From positions 18,882 through 82,881 of the forward strand of contig JAGGUZ010000005.1 of the NCBI GenBank assembly GCA_021158225.1: a stretch of 64,000 nt of DNA, in the 5' to 3' direction. The position numbers and the translations under genes are program-made. Source of the stretch: a bacterium (GTDB lineage Bacteria > Patescibacteriota > Gracilibacteria > UBA1369 > PNNO01). Each line of letters starts with the position of its first letter. Position 1 is the first letter of the stretch. Positions 1 to 8,977 of this stretch are shown piece after piece. The notes under the pieces are model-generated. The model saw only the letters and a list, made by a program, of their open reading frames with translations, was not told the DNA's origin and did not search any database.

Positions 1-480
1 AGCAATTCCTTCCGTAGATGCGTGAGCTCTGTGAACTGTTCCGAAAGCATCACTTATGTATAAATCTGCATAACTTGCTAATTTTTTTGCAAATTCTTTA
101 TTGTTCTCTTTTTCTTCTTTATGAAAGCGAGTATTTTCAAGCATTAAGATATTCCCGAAACCAAGTGAAGATATAGCTTTATCAACATCTTTTCCTACAC
201 ATTTATCAACTTTTATAACAGGTTTGCCGATAAGTTCGGCAAGTCTTTTTGCAATAGGATCAAGCCTTAATTTCTCATCAATTTCACCCTTTGGTCTACC
301 TAGATGTGACATTAAAATTATTTTGGCTCCTTGCTCTATTAAATATTTTATTGTTGGGAGAGATTCTTTTATTCTTGTGTCATCTTTTATAATTCCATTG
401 TCCAGAGGGACATTGTAATCCATACGCACAATTGCTGTTTTCCCTTGCAAATTGGCTTGTGTAATCTTCTTAAGTTTCAT
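1..480 (-). CDS. pgk: phosphoglycerate kinase, N-terminal ~160 aa (gene runs off the window start)
   Basis: My own minus-strand translation from the ATG at 480-478 gives [65 protein letters not shown]...[10 protein letters not shown]...[14 protein letters not shown]. This is the canonical PGK N-domain. It is absent from the ORF track because it is open at position 1. Confidence 0.9.
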   Translation of the reverse strand, partial: MKLKKITQANLQGKTAIVRMDYNVPLDNGIIKDDTRIKESLPTIKYLIEQGAKIILMSHLGRPKGEIDEKLRLDPIAKRLAELIGKPVIKVDKCVGKDVDKAISSLGFGNILMLENTRFHKEEKENNKEFAKKLASYADLYISDAFGTVHRAHASTEGIA

Positions 481-490
481 TGTTGTTGAA

Positions 491-943
491 TTAGAATGAT
501 GATAAAGTTTGTATAATCGAAAGTGCACTTTGAGCGTATTCCTTACCGAGAATTATTCTTTTTTCAGCTTGTGTCTTTGTTAATGTCGTTAGAATTCCTT
601 GTATAATCGGAACACCTGTTTTTAGTGAAACTTTCATTAATCCATTAATACTCTCTCGTGATACATGCTCGTAATGGCTGGTTTCTCCTTTTATAACAAC
701 TCCAAGTGCGACAACCGCATCCGGAGATTTTTTCTCGATGATTTTTTGCGCGGTTAAAGGGATTTCCAGAGCTCCGGGTACTCGAATTGTTTTTAAGTTT
801 TCTACTCCGTGTTTTTTAAGCTCTCTAACCGTGGTTTTTAGCAGTTCTTCTCCAATTTGACTATTGAACTCGGAGAATATTATAACGATTTTACATTTTT
901 CACCATTTAAATCTTGCCTATCTCTAATATTGTGAATAGCCAT
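491..943 (-). CDS. ribH: 6,7-dimethyl-8-ribityllumazine synthase
   Basis: 150-aa ORF with the lumazine synthase pattern ([46 protein letters not shown]). It lies 2 nt downstream of ribE. Confidence 0.9.
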   Translation of the reverse strand: MAIHNIRDRQDLNGEKCKIVIIFSEFNSQIGEELLKTTVRELKKHGVENLKTIRVPGALEIPLTAQKIIEKKSPDAVVALGVVIKGETSHYEHVSRESINGLMKVSLKTGVPIIQGILTTLTKTQAEKRIILGKEYAQSALSIIQTLSSF

Positions 944-945
944 AA

Positions 946-1581
946 TTAAATAAATCCGCGATCTTTAAGAAATTCATAATTGGTTTGGTTGTCTCGTTCG
1001 TCAAAGAGTTGCTTTAAATAGCGAGAAAGTGTATCTATTTCGATATTAACAAGCGAATCCACGGTTTTTTCTCCAAGGGTGGTGTGTTTTAATGTATATG
1101 GGATAACAGAAACTATAAAACTGCCCGATTCCAACATGGAAATTGTAAGACTTATACCGTCTATGCTAATGGATCCTTTTAATGCCATGAATTTTCTTAA
1201 GTTTTTCGGATAAGCGATTTCTATATCTTTTGTATCTCCAGCGATTTTAACGGATTTTATCTTTCCAGTTGAATCGATGTGACCCATAACAAAATGTCCG
1301 TTTAAGGCATCGTGCATTGTTAAAGACGGCTCAATATTCACTTTTGTATTTATTCCCCATGAAGAAACGGAAGTCCTTTTGATTGTCTCCGACATGTATT
1401 GAAATTTAAGTTTGTTTCCTTCCTTCTCAACAATGGTTGAACAAATGCCGTCTACGTTTATGGAATCTCCTTTGTTTAAATGCTCAGAGTCAAGATCTGT
1501 TGCAATTAAAACTTCAAACAGATCGTCATTCTTTTTTATACTCGTAATTGTACCGATTGATTTAATTATTCCAGTGAACAT
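946..1581 (-). CDS. ribE: riboflavin synthase (alpha chain)
   Basis: 211 aa starting MFTGII. It has two internal lumazine-binding repeats (GDSINVDGICSTI and GSISIDGISLTI). Confidence 0.9.
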   Translation of the reverse strand: MFTGIIKSIGTITSIKKNDDLFEVLIATDLDSEHLNKGDSINVDGICSTIVEKEGNKLKFQYMSETIKRTSVSSWGINTKVNIEPSLTMHDALNGHFVMGHIDSTGKIKSVKIAGDTKDIEIAYPKNLRKFMALKGSISIDGISLTISMLESGSFIVSVIPYTLKHTTLGEKTVDSLVNIEIDTLSRYLKQLFDERDNQTNYEFLKDRGFI

Positions 1582-1713
1582 AAAAAGATGTTATTCGTGC
1601 ATTATTATTATTTATCTTGTGGAATAGAACAAGTAAAAAAGTTTTAATAATATTTTTAATATTTTTTAATACATGTCTTGTAAGTTTTAAATATCTATTA
1701 TTTAACCCTTACG

Positions 1714-2115
1714 ATGATGAAAAGTCTCAATCGGGTATCACTTCTCGGAAATCTTGTTGCGGATCCGGAAGTTAGAGAAACGCAAAATGGCAATAGTGTG
1801 GCCAATTTTGCAATTGCAACAAATCGGAGATGGAAAAATACCGATGGTGAGTTAAAAGGTAAAACTGATTTCCATAGAGTTGTCGCATGGAGAAAACTCG
1901 GACAACTTTGCGGAGAGTATCTTAAAAAAGGTTCAAGTGTTTATTTGGAAGGGCAACTTCAAAATAGAACTTACGATACCGATAAAGGAGAAAAACGTTT
2001 CATTACCGAAATAGTTGCTAAAGATATAAATATACTTACTTGGAAAAAAGGTAAAGAAGGTGCGGTGGATGCAGAAGTTGTTTCGCTCGAGGAAGACAAA
2101 AACGTTGAAGAATAA
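1714..2115 (+). CDS. ssb: single-stranded DNA-binding protein
   Basis: 133 aa with the OB-fold SSB pattern NRVSLLGNLVADPEVRETQNGNSVANFAIATNRRW...FHRVVAWRKLG and an acidic C-terminal tail. Confidence 0.9.
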   Translation: MMKSLNRVSLLGNLVADPEVRETQNGNSVANFAIATNRRWKNTDGELKGKTDFHRVVAWRKLGQLCGEYLKKGSSVYLEGQLQNRTYDTDKGEKRFITEIVAKDINILTWKKGKEGAVDAEVVSLEEDKNVEE

Positions 2116-2174
2116 ATGCTATTTGTTTGAATTTTTGTTAAACTGAGTATGCGTTCTGCAGATTTAAAGAGCGC

Positions 2175-3092
2175 ATGCTCATGCAACTATCGATAATTAT
2201 CCCAACATACAACAGGGCGGAAATTTTAAAAGATTGTCTTAGAAGATTAAATAATCAAGATTTTATAAAGAATGAATTTGAAGTTATTGTTGTTGATGAT
2301 GGAAGTACCGATAATACCAAGGAAGTCGTTAAGAATGCACAAAAAAAGTCTTCCGTTGAAATAAATTATCTTTATCAAAAGAATCAAGGGCAGGGAGTAG
2401 CTCGTAATTATGCGCTTCGATATGCAAAAGGGAGAATAATTGTATTTATTGGTGATGATATTTTGGTTTTGCCTGATTTTGTAAAGCAACATTTAAATTA
2501 TCATCGTAGGTATCGTCGTGAAAATGAGGCTGTTCTTGGTTTTATAGGTTGGGATCCTCGGCTTGAAGTTACGCCGTTTATGGAATGGCTTACAAATGGA
2601 TCGTCCGTATTTGGCAGATTTGGTGGACATCAATTTGCTTTTGAGAAACTTCAAGGCAAGAAGAAGGCTGATTTTAATTTCTTCTATACATCAAATATTT
2701 CGCTTAAAAAGTCGTTATTAAAAAGACATCCGTTTGATTCCAAATTCAGTTCTTACGGATGGGAAGATATAGAGCTGGGTTACCGTCTTACCAAAAAAGA
2801 GAATTTAATTCTTTACTACAATCCTATGGCGATAGGATATCATTTTCATGAAATGGATGAATCCGGGTTTGAAAAAAGAATGTATGCAATAGGTAAATCT
2901 GCACACTTATTCCATAAAAAATATCCGGAACTTAAAAAAGTTCCGCAAAAATGGAAGCAAATTATTTTTTCCGTTATTTCAAGCAAGATAGTGCTTGGTA
3001 TTTTAAAAAAATTCGGTAAAAACACGCTTTATTATTACGCTCTTTCAAAGAAATATTACCTGGAAGGTATAAGAAATGGAGCAAAAGCTTAA
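2175..3092 (+). CDS. family 2 (GT-A) glycosyltransferase
   Basis: The N-terminus IIIPTYNRAEIL...VIVVDDGSTDNT is typical of GT2. The start could be the ATG at 2175 or at 2181. Confidence 0.8.
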   Translation: MLMQLSIIIPTYNRAEILKDCLRRLNNQDFIKNEFEVIVVDDGSTDNTKEVVKNAQKKSSVEINYLYQKNQGQGVARNYALRYAKGRIIVFIGDDILVLPDFVKQHLNYHRRYRRENEAVLGFIGWDPRLEVTPFMEWLTNGSSVFGRFGGHQFAFEKLQGKKKADFNFFYTSNISLKKSLLKRHPFDSKFSSYGWEDIELGYRLTKKENLILYYNPMAIGYHFHEMDESGFEKRMYAIGKSAHLFHKKYPELKKVPQKWKQIIFSVISSKIVLGILKKFGKNTLYYYALSKKYYLEGIRNGAKA

Positions 3093-3418
3093 TTATTGCC
3101 GTTAGCGCCATCTTCAACAATGTCCGGAAGCGTATTTTGATATCTGTTATTCATCTCGGTTCTGATATCGTCCGGGTTTTGCTCGGGTATTTCATGAGAC
3201 ATTTCATCAATGGCACTCATTTGTTTTATTAAAATTGTGCATGATCCGTCTTCCCTTTGAAATACTCGATATTCGTTATCTATCATTTTTATCATCTGAG
3301 AAGCTTCATCCTCGTTAAGCCCGTCGGCATCTAATTGCCAACCTTGATTTAGAAGATTTTGTACTTCGTTCTCATCGTAATATTCAAATGTTTCACCTTC
3401 TATTGTTTCGGTATCCAT
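3089..3418 (-). CDS. hypothetical, strongly acidic 109-aa protein
   Basis: The ORF fills the gap and its stop overlaps the GT2 stop by 4 nt. About 30 D/E residues and very few K/R. I recognise no family. Confidence 0.5.
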   Translation of the reverse strand: MDTETIEGETFEYYDENEVQNLLNQGWQLDADGLNEDEASQMIKMIDNEYRVFQREDGSCTILIKQMSAIDEMSHEIPEQNPDDIRTEMNNRYQNTLPDIVEDGANGNN

Positions 3419-3558
3419 TGTTAATTGTCGTTAATTTAATATTATCTTATAATTATACTATATAATTAAAAATAAATCAAATTACAGATATGTCAACAAA
3501 CGGCTTATTTAAGGCTCGAGTAGTTGTTTAGATGTAGAAAGAATGGTATAATTAGAAT

Positions 3559-5034
3559 ATGAACAAAAGAATGTTAATTATTGTCGGTGGAGGAACGCTT
3601 GCGGTTCTATTTGTAGGGCTTATTGCGTTTGCCGGAGGATGTTTTAGAAAAAAGGAATACAAAGTTGCTACGAGTAATAAAATAGTAGAATTGACTTACT
3701 ATAAATTATTTGATGATTCCGATGTGATTGAGCCGATAATTCAAGAATATAGAGCTATTCATCCAAATGTAAAAATAAATTACCGTCAGTTTACAGATTC
3801 GGATGAGTATTACGACTTAATTTTAAACGAACTTGCGGAAGGGGAGGGACCTGATATTTTTTCTGTTCCGAATACTTGGTTTGTTAAAAATTATAAAAAG
3901 GTTTATCCGGCTCCTGCAAATATGCTCCCTCCAAAAATATTTGAAGATACTTTTGTATCTGTAACCACCGATGATCTTGTTAAGCAAAATCCGGATACAG
4001 GAGAAATTCTTGTTTACGGAATTCCAATGACAGTTGATACTTTGGCTCTTTATTACAATAAAGATCAATTTGATGATGCGCTTCCCGCTCAAGGAAAGCC
4101 TTCTGTAACATGGGATGGGATTAAAGAGGATGTGTTTAAATTAACCAAAAAAGATAATAGTTTTGAACGATTTGAGGTTTCCGGAATGGCTATGGGATTT
4201 GCGAATAATATTTCGAGGGCTGTTGATATACTTTATTTGTTAATGCTTCAAGATGGTGGGCGTATATATGACCAGAATTATGCAGAAGCTATCTTTGCTC
4301 AACAACAGGGGGTTGATAGCGATGGATCCATTATAAAACCTGGACCTAATGCGCTTAAGCTTTATACAAGTTTCGCGGATCCGGTAAATAAGAACTACTC
4401 TTGGAACGCTTATCTTTCGGATGCATCTTCGGCGGAAAAAGAAATTGCAACTTTCGCACGCGGAAAAGTATCTATGATTATCGGATATTCTTATATGTAT
4501 AATCAGATTCTAAACGAAATTAAACAATTACAGGCAAAAGGACTTTCAACAATAAATCCGGATGTTATAAGAATCGCTATGATTCCACAGAAGAAAGATC
4601 CTGCTCAGTCAACAGAAAAACGTATTGCATATGCCCATTATTTTGCCGAAACGGTTGCCAGAACTTCCGAAAACCCAAGATGGGCTTGGGATTTCCTAAT
4701 GTTTGAAACTTCAAAGGAATCTCTTCAACATTATAATGAGAAAACTCACAAGCCGACAAGTAGGAGGGATCTGATAGAAGAACAAAAAGCAGATCCTATT
4801 TACGGGGTATTTGCCGATCAAATAGGTATTGCGGAAAGTTTTCCAATATATAACGATAAAGCATACGAGAAGATTTTTCTAAAAGCTATAGAGTCTGTAC
4901 TTGCCACAAAAAGTCCGGCGGACGCAATGAAGATTGCACAGGACGAAATAAATGCTATGCTACCCAGCGGAGGATTAATTCCTCAAGTAACGGCTACAGA
5001 TGAAGAAAAAGCAAATTCTAAAAAAAGCACTTAA
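3559..5034 (+). CDS. extracellular solute-binding protein (ABC-type SBP family 1-like), membrane-anchored or lipoprotein
   Basis: 491 aa with an N-terminal hydrophobic anchor ending AFAGGC. The SBP-like pattern is ELTYYKLFDDSDVIEPIIQEYRAIHPNVKINY...GEGPDIFSVPNTW. No permease or ATPase gene lies nearby. Confidence 0.65.
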   Translation: MNKRMLIIVGGGTLAVLFVGLIAFAGGCFRKKEYKVATSNKIVELTYYKLFDDSDVIEPIIQEYRAIHPNVKINYRQFTDSDEYYDLILNELAEGEGPDIFSVPNTWFVKNYKKVYPAPANMLPPKIFEDTFVSVTTDDLVKQNPDTGEILVYGIPMTVDTLALYYNKDQFDDALPAQGKPSVTWDGIKEDVFKLTKKDNSFERFEVSGMAMGFANNISRAVDILYLLMLQDGGRIYDQNYAEAIFAQQQGVDSDGSIIKPGPNALKLYTSFADPVNKNYSWNAYLSDASSAEKEIATFARGKVSMIIGYSYMYNQILNEIKQLQAKGLSTINPDVIRIAMIPQKKDPAQSTEKRIAYAHYFAETVARTSENPRWAWDFLMFETSKESLQHYNEKTHKPTSRRDLIEEQKADPIYGVFADQIGIAESFPIYNDKAYEKIFLKAIESVLATKSPADAMKIAQDEINAMLPSGGLIPQVTATDEEKANSKKST

Positions 5035-6322
5035 AAGTTTAAAGAATATAACCTTCTTAAAGGCAAGCGCATTTACTTTTTATGCGTTTGTTTTTTTAAT
5101 TCCGTTTCAAATTGATGCTCTGGTTTATGCTTCACCTGTTTTTGAGAGTGGGGGTTTTAATCCGTATACATCCGTTTTTTACTATCTTACGGATATTGTT
5201 TTTTTGTTGTCGTTGATTTTCTGGGGAATTGCCCTTGTTAAGGGTGAATATAAAAAGAATTTTACATATGGTAAGTGGATGATATTTATATTACTTATTC
5301 TTTTTGTTGTAGCTGGAGAGGTTTCTGTATTGTTTGCTGATGACAGGTTCCTTTCTTTGATGCTGGTTATAAGATTAGTTGAGATGATTCTTTTGTATCT
5401 TTATATGGTGAATGATGTTGTTAAATTTGATGTTATTATTAATGTTTTTATAGCCTCCGTAAGTTTTCAGGCTGTTATTGCAATTATACAATATATTAAT
5501 CAGGGGCCGATTGGTTTCCATGCTTTGGGTGAACCGTTAATTACTCCAAATACACCTGGAATTGCAAAAATGGACATAGATGGATCAAAAATAATTAGAG
5601 CTTACGGGACATTCTCTCATCCGAACATTTTGGCTGGATATTTAGTAACGGGATTATTTCTAACGCTTCGAAGAATTATACAAAAAGAACATATAGCCTA
5701 CGCAATTATGGCACTACTAATAGTAGCACTTGTTTTAACATTTAGTCGTAGTGCTATCTTGGCCTTAGTTGTTGCAGGTCTCGTGCTTATCTCAATAAGA
5801 GATATAAAAATGTCATTTAAATATATATTACTAGTAATAAGTTTATTTATATTGTTCGTAGTTATTTTTAATCTGGAACAAACGATTTTTAGTAAATTCT
5901 TATTTACCGATAGTGCAAGTTTTACAGAACGTGTTTTTTACTTCTCAATAGCAAAGAAAATGATATATGCACATCCTTTTGGTGTCGGGCTTGGGAATTT
6001 TACTCTTTTAATGCCCAATTTCACGTCGTTAAAGTTGGCTCCGTGGGATTTTCAGCCGGTTCATAACATTTACATGTTAATTGCAAATGAAATCGGATTT
6101 GCAGGATTCGTAGTATTTGTATTGCTTCTGGCGTCTTTTTTTGTTTACCTCTTTATAGGTCAGAAAAAATCGATTGCCGGAATTTTTTTGATGGCCAGCT
6201 TGGTTGCGCTTGCTGTTATAGGTTTGTTTGATCATTATTTATTCTCTCTTTATCAAGGACAAATTCTATTGTTTTTTATATTTGGACTTTCAGGAAAATA
6301 CTTTATGACAAAAAGCCATTAA
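5000..6322 (+). CDS. O-antigen ligase / Wzy-like polytopic membrane protein
   Basis: 440 aa with about 10-12 hydrophobic helices and the Wzy_C-like segment TFSRSAILALVVAGLVLI. It overlaps the SBP gene by 35 nt. Confidence 0.65.
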   Translation: MKKKQILKKALKSLKNITFLKASAFTFYAFVFLIPFQIDALVYASPVFESGGFNPYTSVFYYLTDIVFLLSLIFWGIALVKGEYKKNFTYGKWMIFILLILFVVAGEVSVLFADDRFLSLMLVIRLVEMILLYLYMVNDVVKFDVIINVFIASVSFQAVIAIIQYINQGPIGFHALGEPLITPNTPGIAKMDIDGSKIIRAYGTFSHPNILAGYLVTGLFLTLRRIIQKEHIAYAIMALLIVALVLTFSRSAILALVVAGLVLISIRDIKMSFKYILLVISLFILFVVIFNLEQTIFSKFLFTDSASFTERVFYFSIAKKMIYAHPFGVGLGNFTLLMPNFTSLKLAPWDFQPVHNIYMLIANEIGFAGFVVFVLLLASFFVYLFIGQKKSIAGIFLMASLVALAVIGLFDHYLFSLYQGQILLFFIFGLSGKYFMTKSH

Positions 6323-7217
6323 TGAATTCTTTTGCCGATAGAGGTCTTTTCCCTTCCGGTTGAAGTTTTGTAATTTCTAAAGTTCCGTCTTTCGTTCCAA
6401 GCAATATCTTCCCATCGCTATTTTTTAACATACCGGCGTTAATTTTTTCCCTTCCGTTATGAATATTCATTTCAAGTAGCTTTAATCGTTTATTTTTGAA
6501 GATCATATAAATCCCGGGCCATGGTGTAAATGCTCTTAGCTTATTATATATGTCATTTGTTTTTTCTTCTTTTGGATTAACCAAAGCGTCTGTTTTTGAG
6601 ATTTTATGACAATAAGTTGCCAATGATTCATCTTGAGGAATAGGGGTAAAAATTCCGTCTTTAATGTCATGCAGAATATACGGTAACATAACGGCTCCGA
6701 AATTAGATAATTTTTCAGAAAGAGATTTCGAAGTATCTGTCTTCCCAATATTAAATTTCTTAAGCAAATATATGTCGCCGGTATCAAGATTTTCATCAAG
6801 GCTCATAAAACTAAGGCCAGTTTTGTTATCTCCATTAAGTAGTGCGGATTGGATAGGAGATGCTCCTCTGTATTTCGGCAGTAAAGAAGCATGAATATTT
6901 ATGCAATCGTATTTTGGAATATCCAAAATTTCGCGCGGGAGAATTGCTCCATAGGCGATAACAACTATAAAATCCGGATTTAAGCCTTTTAAGAGATTAA
7001 TAAATTCCGGATTGTCTTTGATTTTTTCAGGTTGCAATACTGTTATCCCGGCTTCTTTAGCAAACTTTTTAACAGGTGGCTCAGCGATTTCCATTTTTCT
7101 TCCCACAGGTTTATCGGGTTGAGTCACAATGGCTTCTATTTCAATTTCATCATTTTCCTCCAAATGATCCAAGAATGGAACAGCAAATTGAGGGGTTCCA
7201 AAGAATATAACTTTCAT
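6303..7217 (-). CDS. fmt: methionyl-tRNA formyltransferase
   Basis: 304 aa. MKVIFFGTPQFAVPFL..., HASLLPKYRGASPIQ and the C-terminal domain are typical of Fmt. Confidence 0.9.
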   Translation of the reverse strand: MKVIFFGTPQFAVPFLDHLEENDEIEIEAIVTQPDKPVGRKMEIAEPPVKKFAKEAGITVLQPEKIKDNPEFINLLKGLNPDFIVVIAYGAILPREILDIPKYDCINIHASLLPKYRGASPIQSALLNGDNKTGLSFMSLDENLDTGDIYLLKKFNIGKTDTSKSLSEKLSNFGAVMLPYILHDIKDGIFTPIPQDESLATYCHKISKTDALVNPKEEKTNDIYNKLRAFTPWPGIYMIFKNKRLKLLEMNIHNGREKINAGMLKNSDGKILLGTKDGTLEITKLQPEGKRPLSAKEFINGFLS

Positions 7218-7312
7218 GATATTGATTTAATGTACGGCTCGATTGTACGTTATTGGCTTTTTCTTAGCAAACAAACTATGGTATTATTACGATCGTATAA
7301 TAAATAAGAATT

Positions 7313-7936
7313 ATGTCAGCTTTACATCAATATTTGTTTTCGGATTATCTTGATGACGAAGAAGAAGTTGTCTTTGTTGCTCATCGTCATTTTTTTGTGT
7401 TTGTGCCGGATATCTTACGTATACTTGTTTTTCACTTACTTATTCCGTTTGGATTTTGGTTTTTATTCCCACAACTTTTATGGATTTATATAATTTGGTT
7501 TGTTATTGGTATTTTTAGAACTCTTTTTGTTATACAAGATTGGTATTATGATTGTTGGCTTATAACAAATATGGGTGTTATTGGTGTTGAATGGACCGGC
7601 TATTTTGAAAGAACTTCTTCTCGCGTGGAATATCAATCTATTGAGGGAATGGGATATACGATTAAAGGTGTGCTTGCAACTATGTTTAATTATGGAAATG
7701 TAAAACTTGCTAAACTTGGTGGATCTACATTCGTTACATTAAAAGATGCATATAATCCAAAAAAAATCGAGCGCAAACTTGTATCTTTCCAAGAAAAATT
7801 TATGAAGGAAAAAAACTTTACGGATCAGGAAGTTTTAAAGCAACTTTTATCCGATCTTGTTATTGAACATGTAAAAAAACACGGTTTGCCGAACAGCGAG
7901 GAAGAGGATAGTCAAGTTAAGAATATATCAAAATAA
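7313..7936 (+). CDS. membrane protein with bacterial PH (YdbS/YdbT-like) domain
   Basis: 207 aa. Two TM helices are followed by a segment resembling bPH_2 (CWLITNMGVIGVEWTGYFERTSSRVEYQSIEGM...FNYGNVKL). The family call is tentative. Confidence 0.45.
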   Translation: MSALHQYLFSDYLDDEEEVVFVAHRHFFVFVPDILRILVFHLLIPFGFWFLFPQLLWIYIIWFVIGIFRTLFVIQDWYYDCWLITNMGVIGVEWTGYFERTSSRVEYQSIEGMGYTIKGVLATMFNYGNVKLAKLGGSTFVTLKDAYNPKKIERKLVSFQEKFMKEKNFTDQEVLKQLLSDLVIEHVKKHGLPNSEEEDSQVKNISK

Positions 7937-7945
7937 TCATTACGT

Positions 7946-8359
7946 ATGGAGACAATTGTTTTTTTTGTTATAGCGACGATTATATTGTTGGCTTTTATCC
8001 TGGCGTTTTATGTCTTTATTAAAGCAGGATCAGGAAAATTAAGCAGGGGAGACAAGCAGTTCATAAAGAAACAATGGAGAAATATTGTAAAAGAAGTTCC
8101 CGATAATGTTCATACGGCAATTTTGAATGCCGATAAATTACTTGGATATACCCTTAAATTACGTGGGTATATTGGCTCTGTCGGCGAACAACTAAAAAAG
8201 AGTGGAAATCTTTTTAGTTCTGTTAATGATGTTTGGTTCGCTCATAAAACAAGGAATAGGATTGCACATGAGATGAATGTAAAAATAACAAGTCAAGAAG
8301 GCAAAAAAGTAATTGCTATTTTCAAGAAAGCACTTGGTGAACTTGGCATAAAATTATAA
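7946..8359 (+). CDS. small membrane-anchored protein with a HEPN-like Rx4H motif
   Basis: 137 aa. One N-terminal TM helix, then a helical domain containing HKTRNRIAHE (R-x4-H). Gaps are 9 nt after the previous gene and 3 nt before coaE. Confidence 0.45.
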   Translation: METIVFFVIATIILLAFILAFYVFIKAGSGKLSRGDKQFIKKQWRNIVKEVPDNVHTAILNADKLLGYTLKLRGYIGSVGEQLKKSGNLFSSVNDVWFAHKTRNRIAHEMNVKITSQEGKKVIAIFKKALGELGIKL

Positions 8360-8362
8360 ATC

Positions 8363-8953
8363 ATGATTAAATCAGATCGTTACATAATGGGGGTTTCCGG
8401 ATATCTCGGTTCCGGAAAAACCACAGCTCTTTCTTTTCTTGAAAAACGAGGTTTTTCTTGTATCGATGCTGATGAAATTGTTCATGATTTGTATGAACCG
8501 GGTGAAGATGGATGGCGTAAGATTAAAGATTTTTTCGGGGAGGAGTTTCTTGTGGGTAAAGACGAGAAAGTTAACAGGTCAAAGCTTAGAAAAGTAGTAT
8601 TTAATAATGTTCCAAAACTAAAAATTCTTGAAAAAATAATTCATCCGCTTGTGTTTAACGAAATGCGCAAAAGGATTCATCGTGCTGATTCCAATAAAAT
8701 AGCTATTGAATCAATTAAATTTGATGAAAAAAGAATGGGAACAAATCTTGATAAGATTATCTGGATAGATGCTCCTCGCAAGATGGCTTACGAACGTATG
8801 GTAAAAAATATGAATATTTCCATAGAAGAATATAATACAATAAGGCAGTTGCAAGAAAAACCTGTTAAAATAGATTTTGTAATAAAAAATAATAAAGGTT
8901 TAGACGAATTTTCAAAAAAAGTTGATGAAGTTATACAAAGCCTAGTAAAATAA
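8363..8953 (+). CDS. coaE: dephospho-CoA kinase
   Basis: 196 aa with the P-loop GVSGYLGSGKTT followed by IDADEIVHDLY, the typical CoaE layout. Confidence 0.85.
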   Translation: MIKSDRYIMGVSGYLGSGKTTALSFLEKRGFSCIDADEIVHDLYEPGEDGWRKIKDFFGEEFLVGKDEKVNRSKLRKVVFNNVPKLKILEKIIHPLVFNEMRKRIHRADSNKIAIESIKFDEKRMGTNLDKIIWIDAPRKMAYERMVKNMNISIEEYNTIRQLQEKPVKIDFVIKNNKGLDEFSKKVDEVIQSLVK

Positions 8954-8977
8954 ACTTAGCCTAGTAAAATAAACTTA
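8939..8977. repeat. perfect tandem duplication, period 19 nt (2.05 copies), spanning the coaE stop and gatB start
   Basis: Read directly: gcctagtaaaataaactta occurs at 8940-8958 and again at 8959-8977. The last base of copy 2 is the A of the gatB ATG. Confidence 0.9.

Noticed and set aside
1582-1713. FMN (RFN) riboswitch ahead of ribE-ribH, and ahead of ribBA at 37405.
   Set aside because: The ribE leader is featureless AT-rich DNA with none of the conserved RFN G-rich segments. ribBA starts 1 nt after tsf, leaving no leader.
2149-2176. A 9-bp hairpin (ATGCGTTCT...AGAGCGCAT) between ssb and the GT2 gene, as an ssb terminator.
   Set aside because: No U-tract follows, and the 3' arm overlaps the GT2 start codon. 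It is too weak to call either a terminator or a translational control element.
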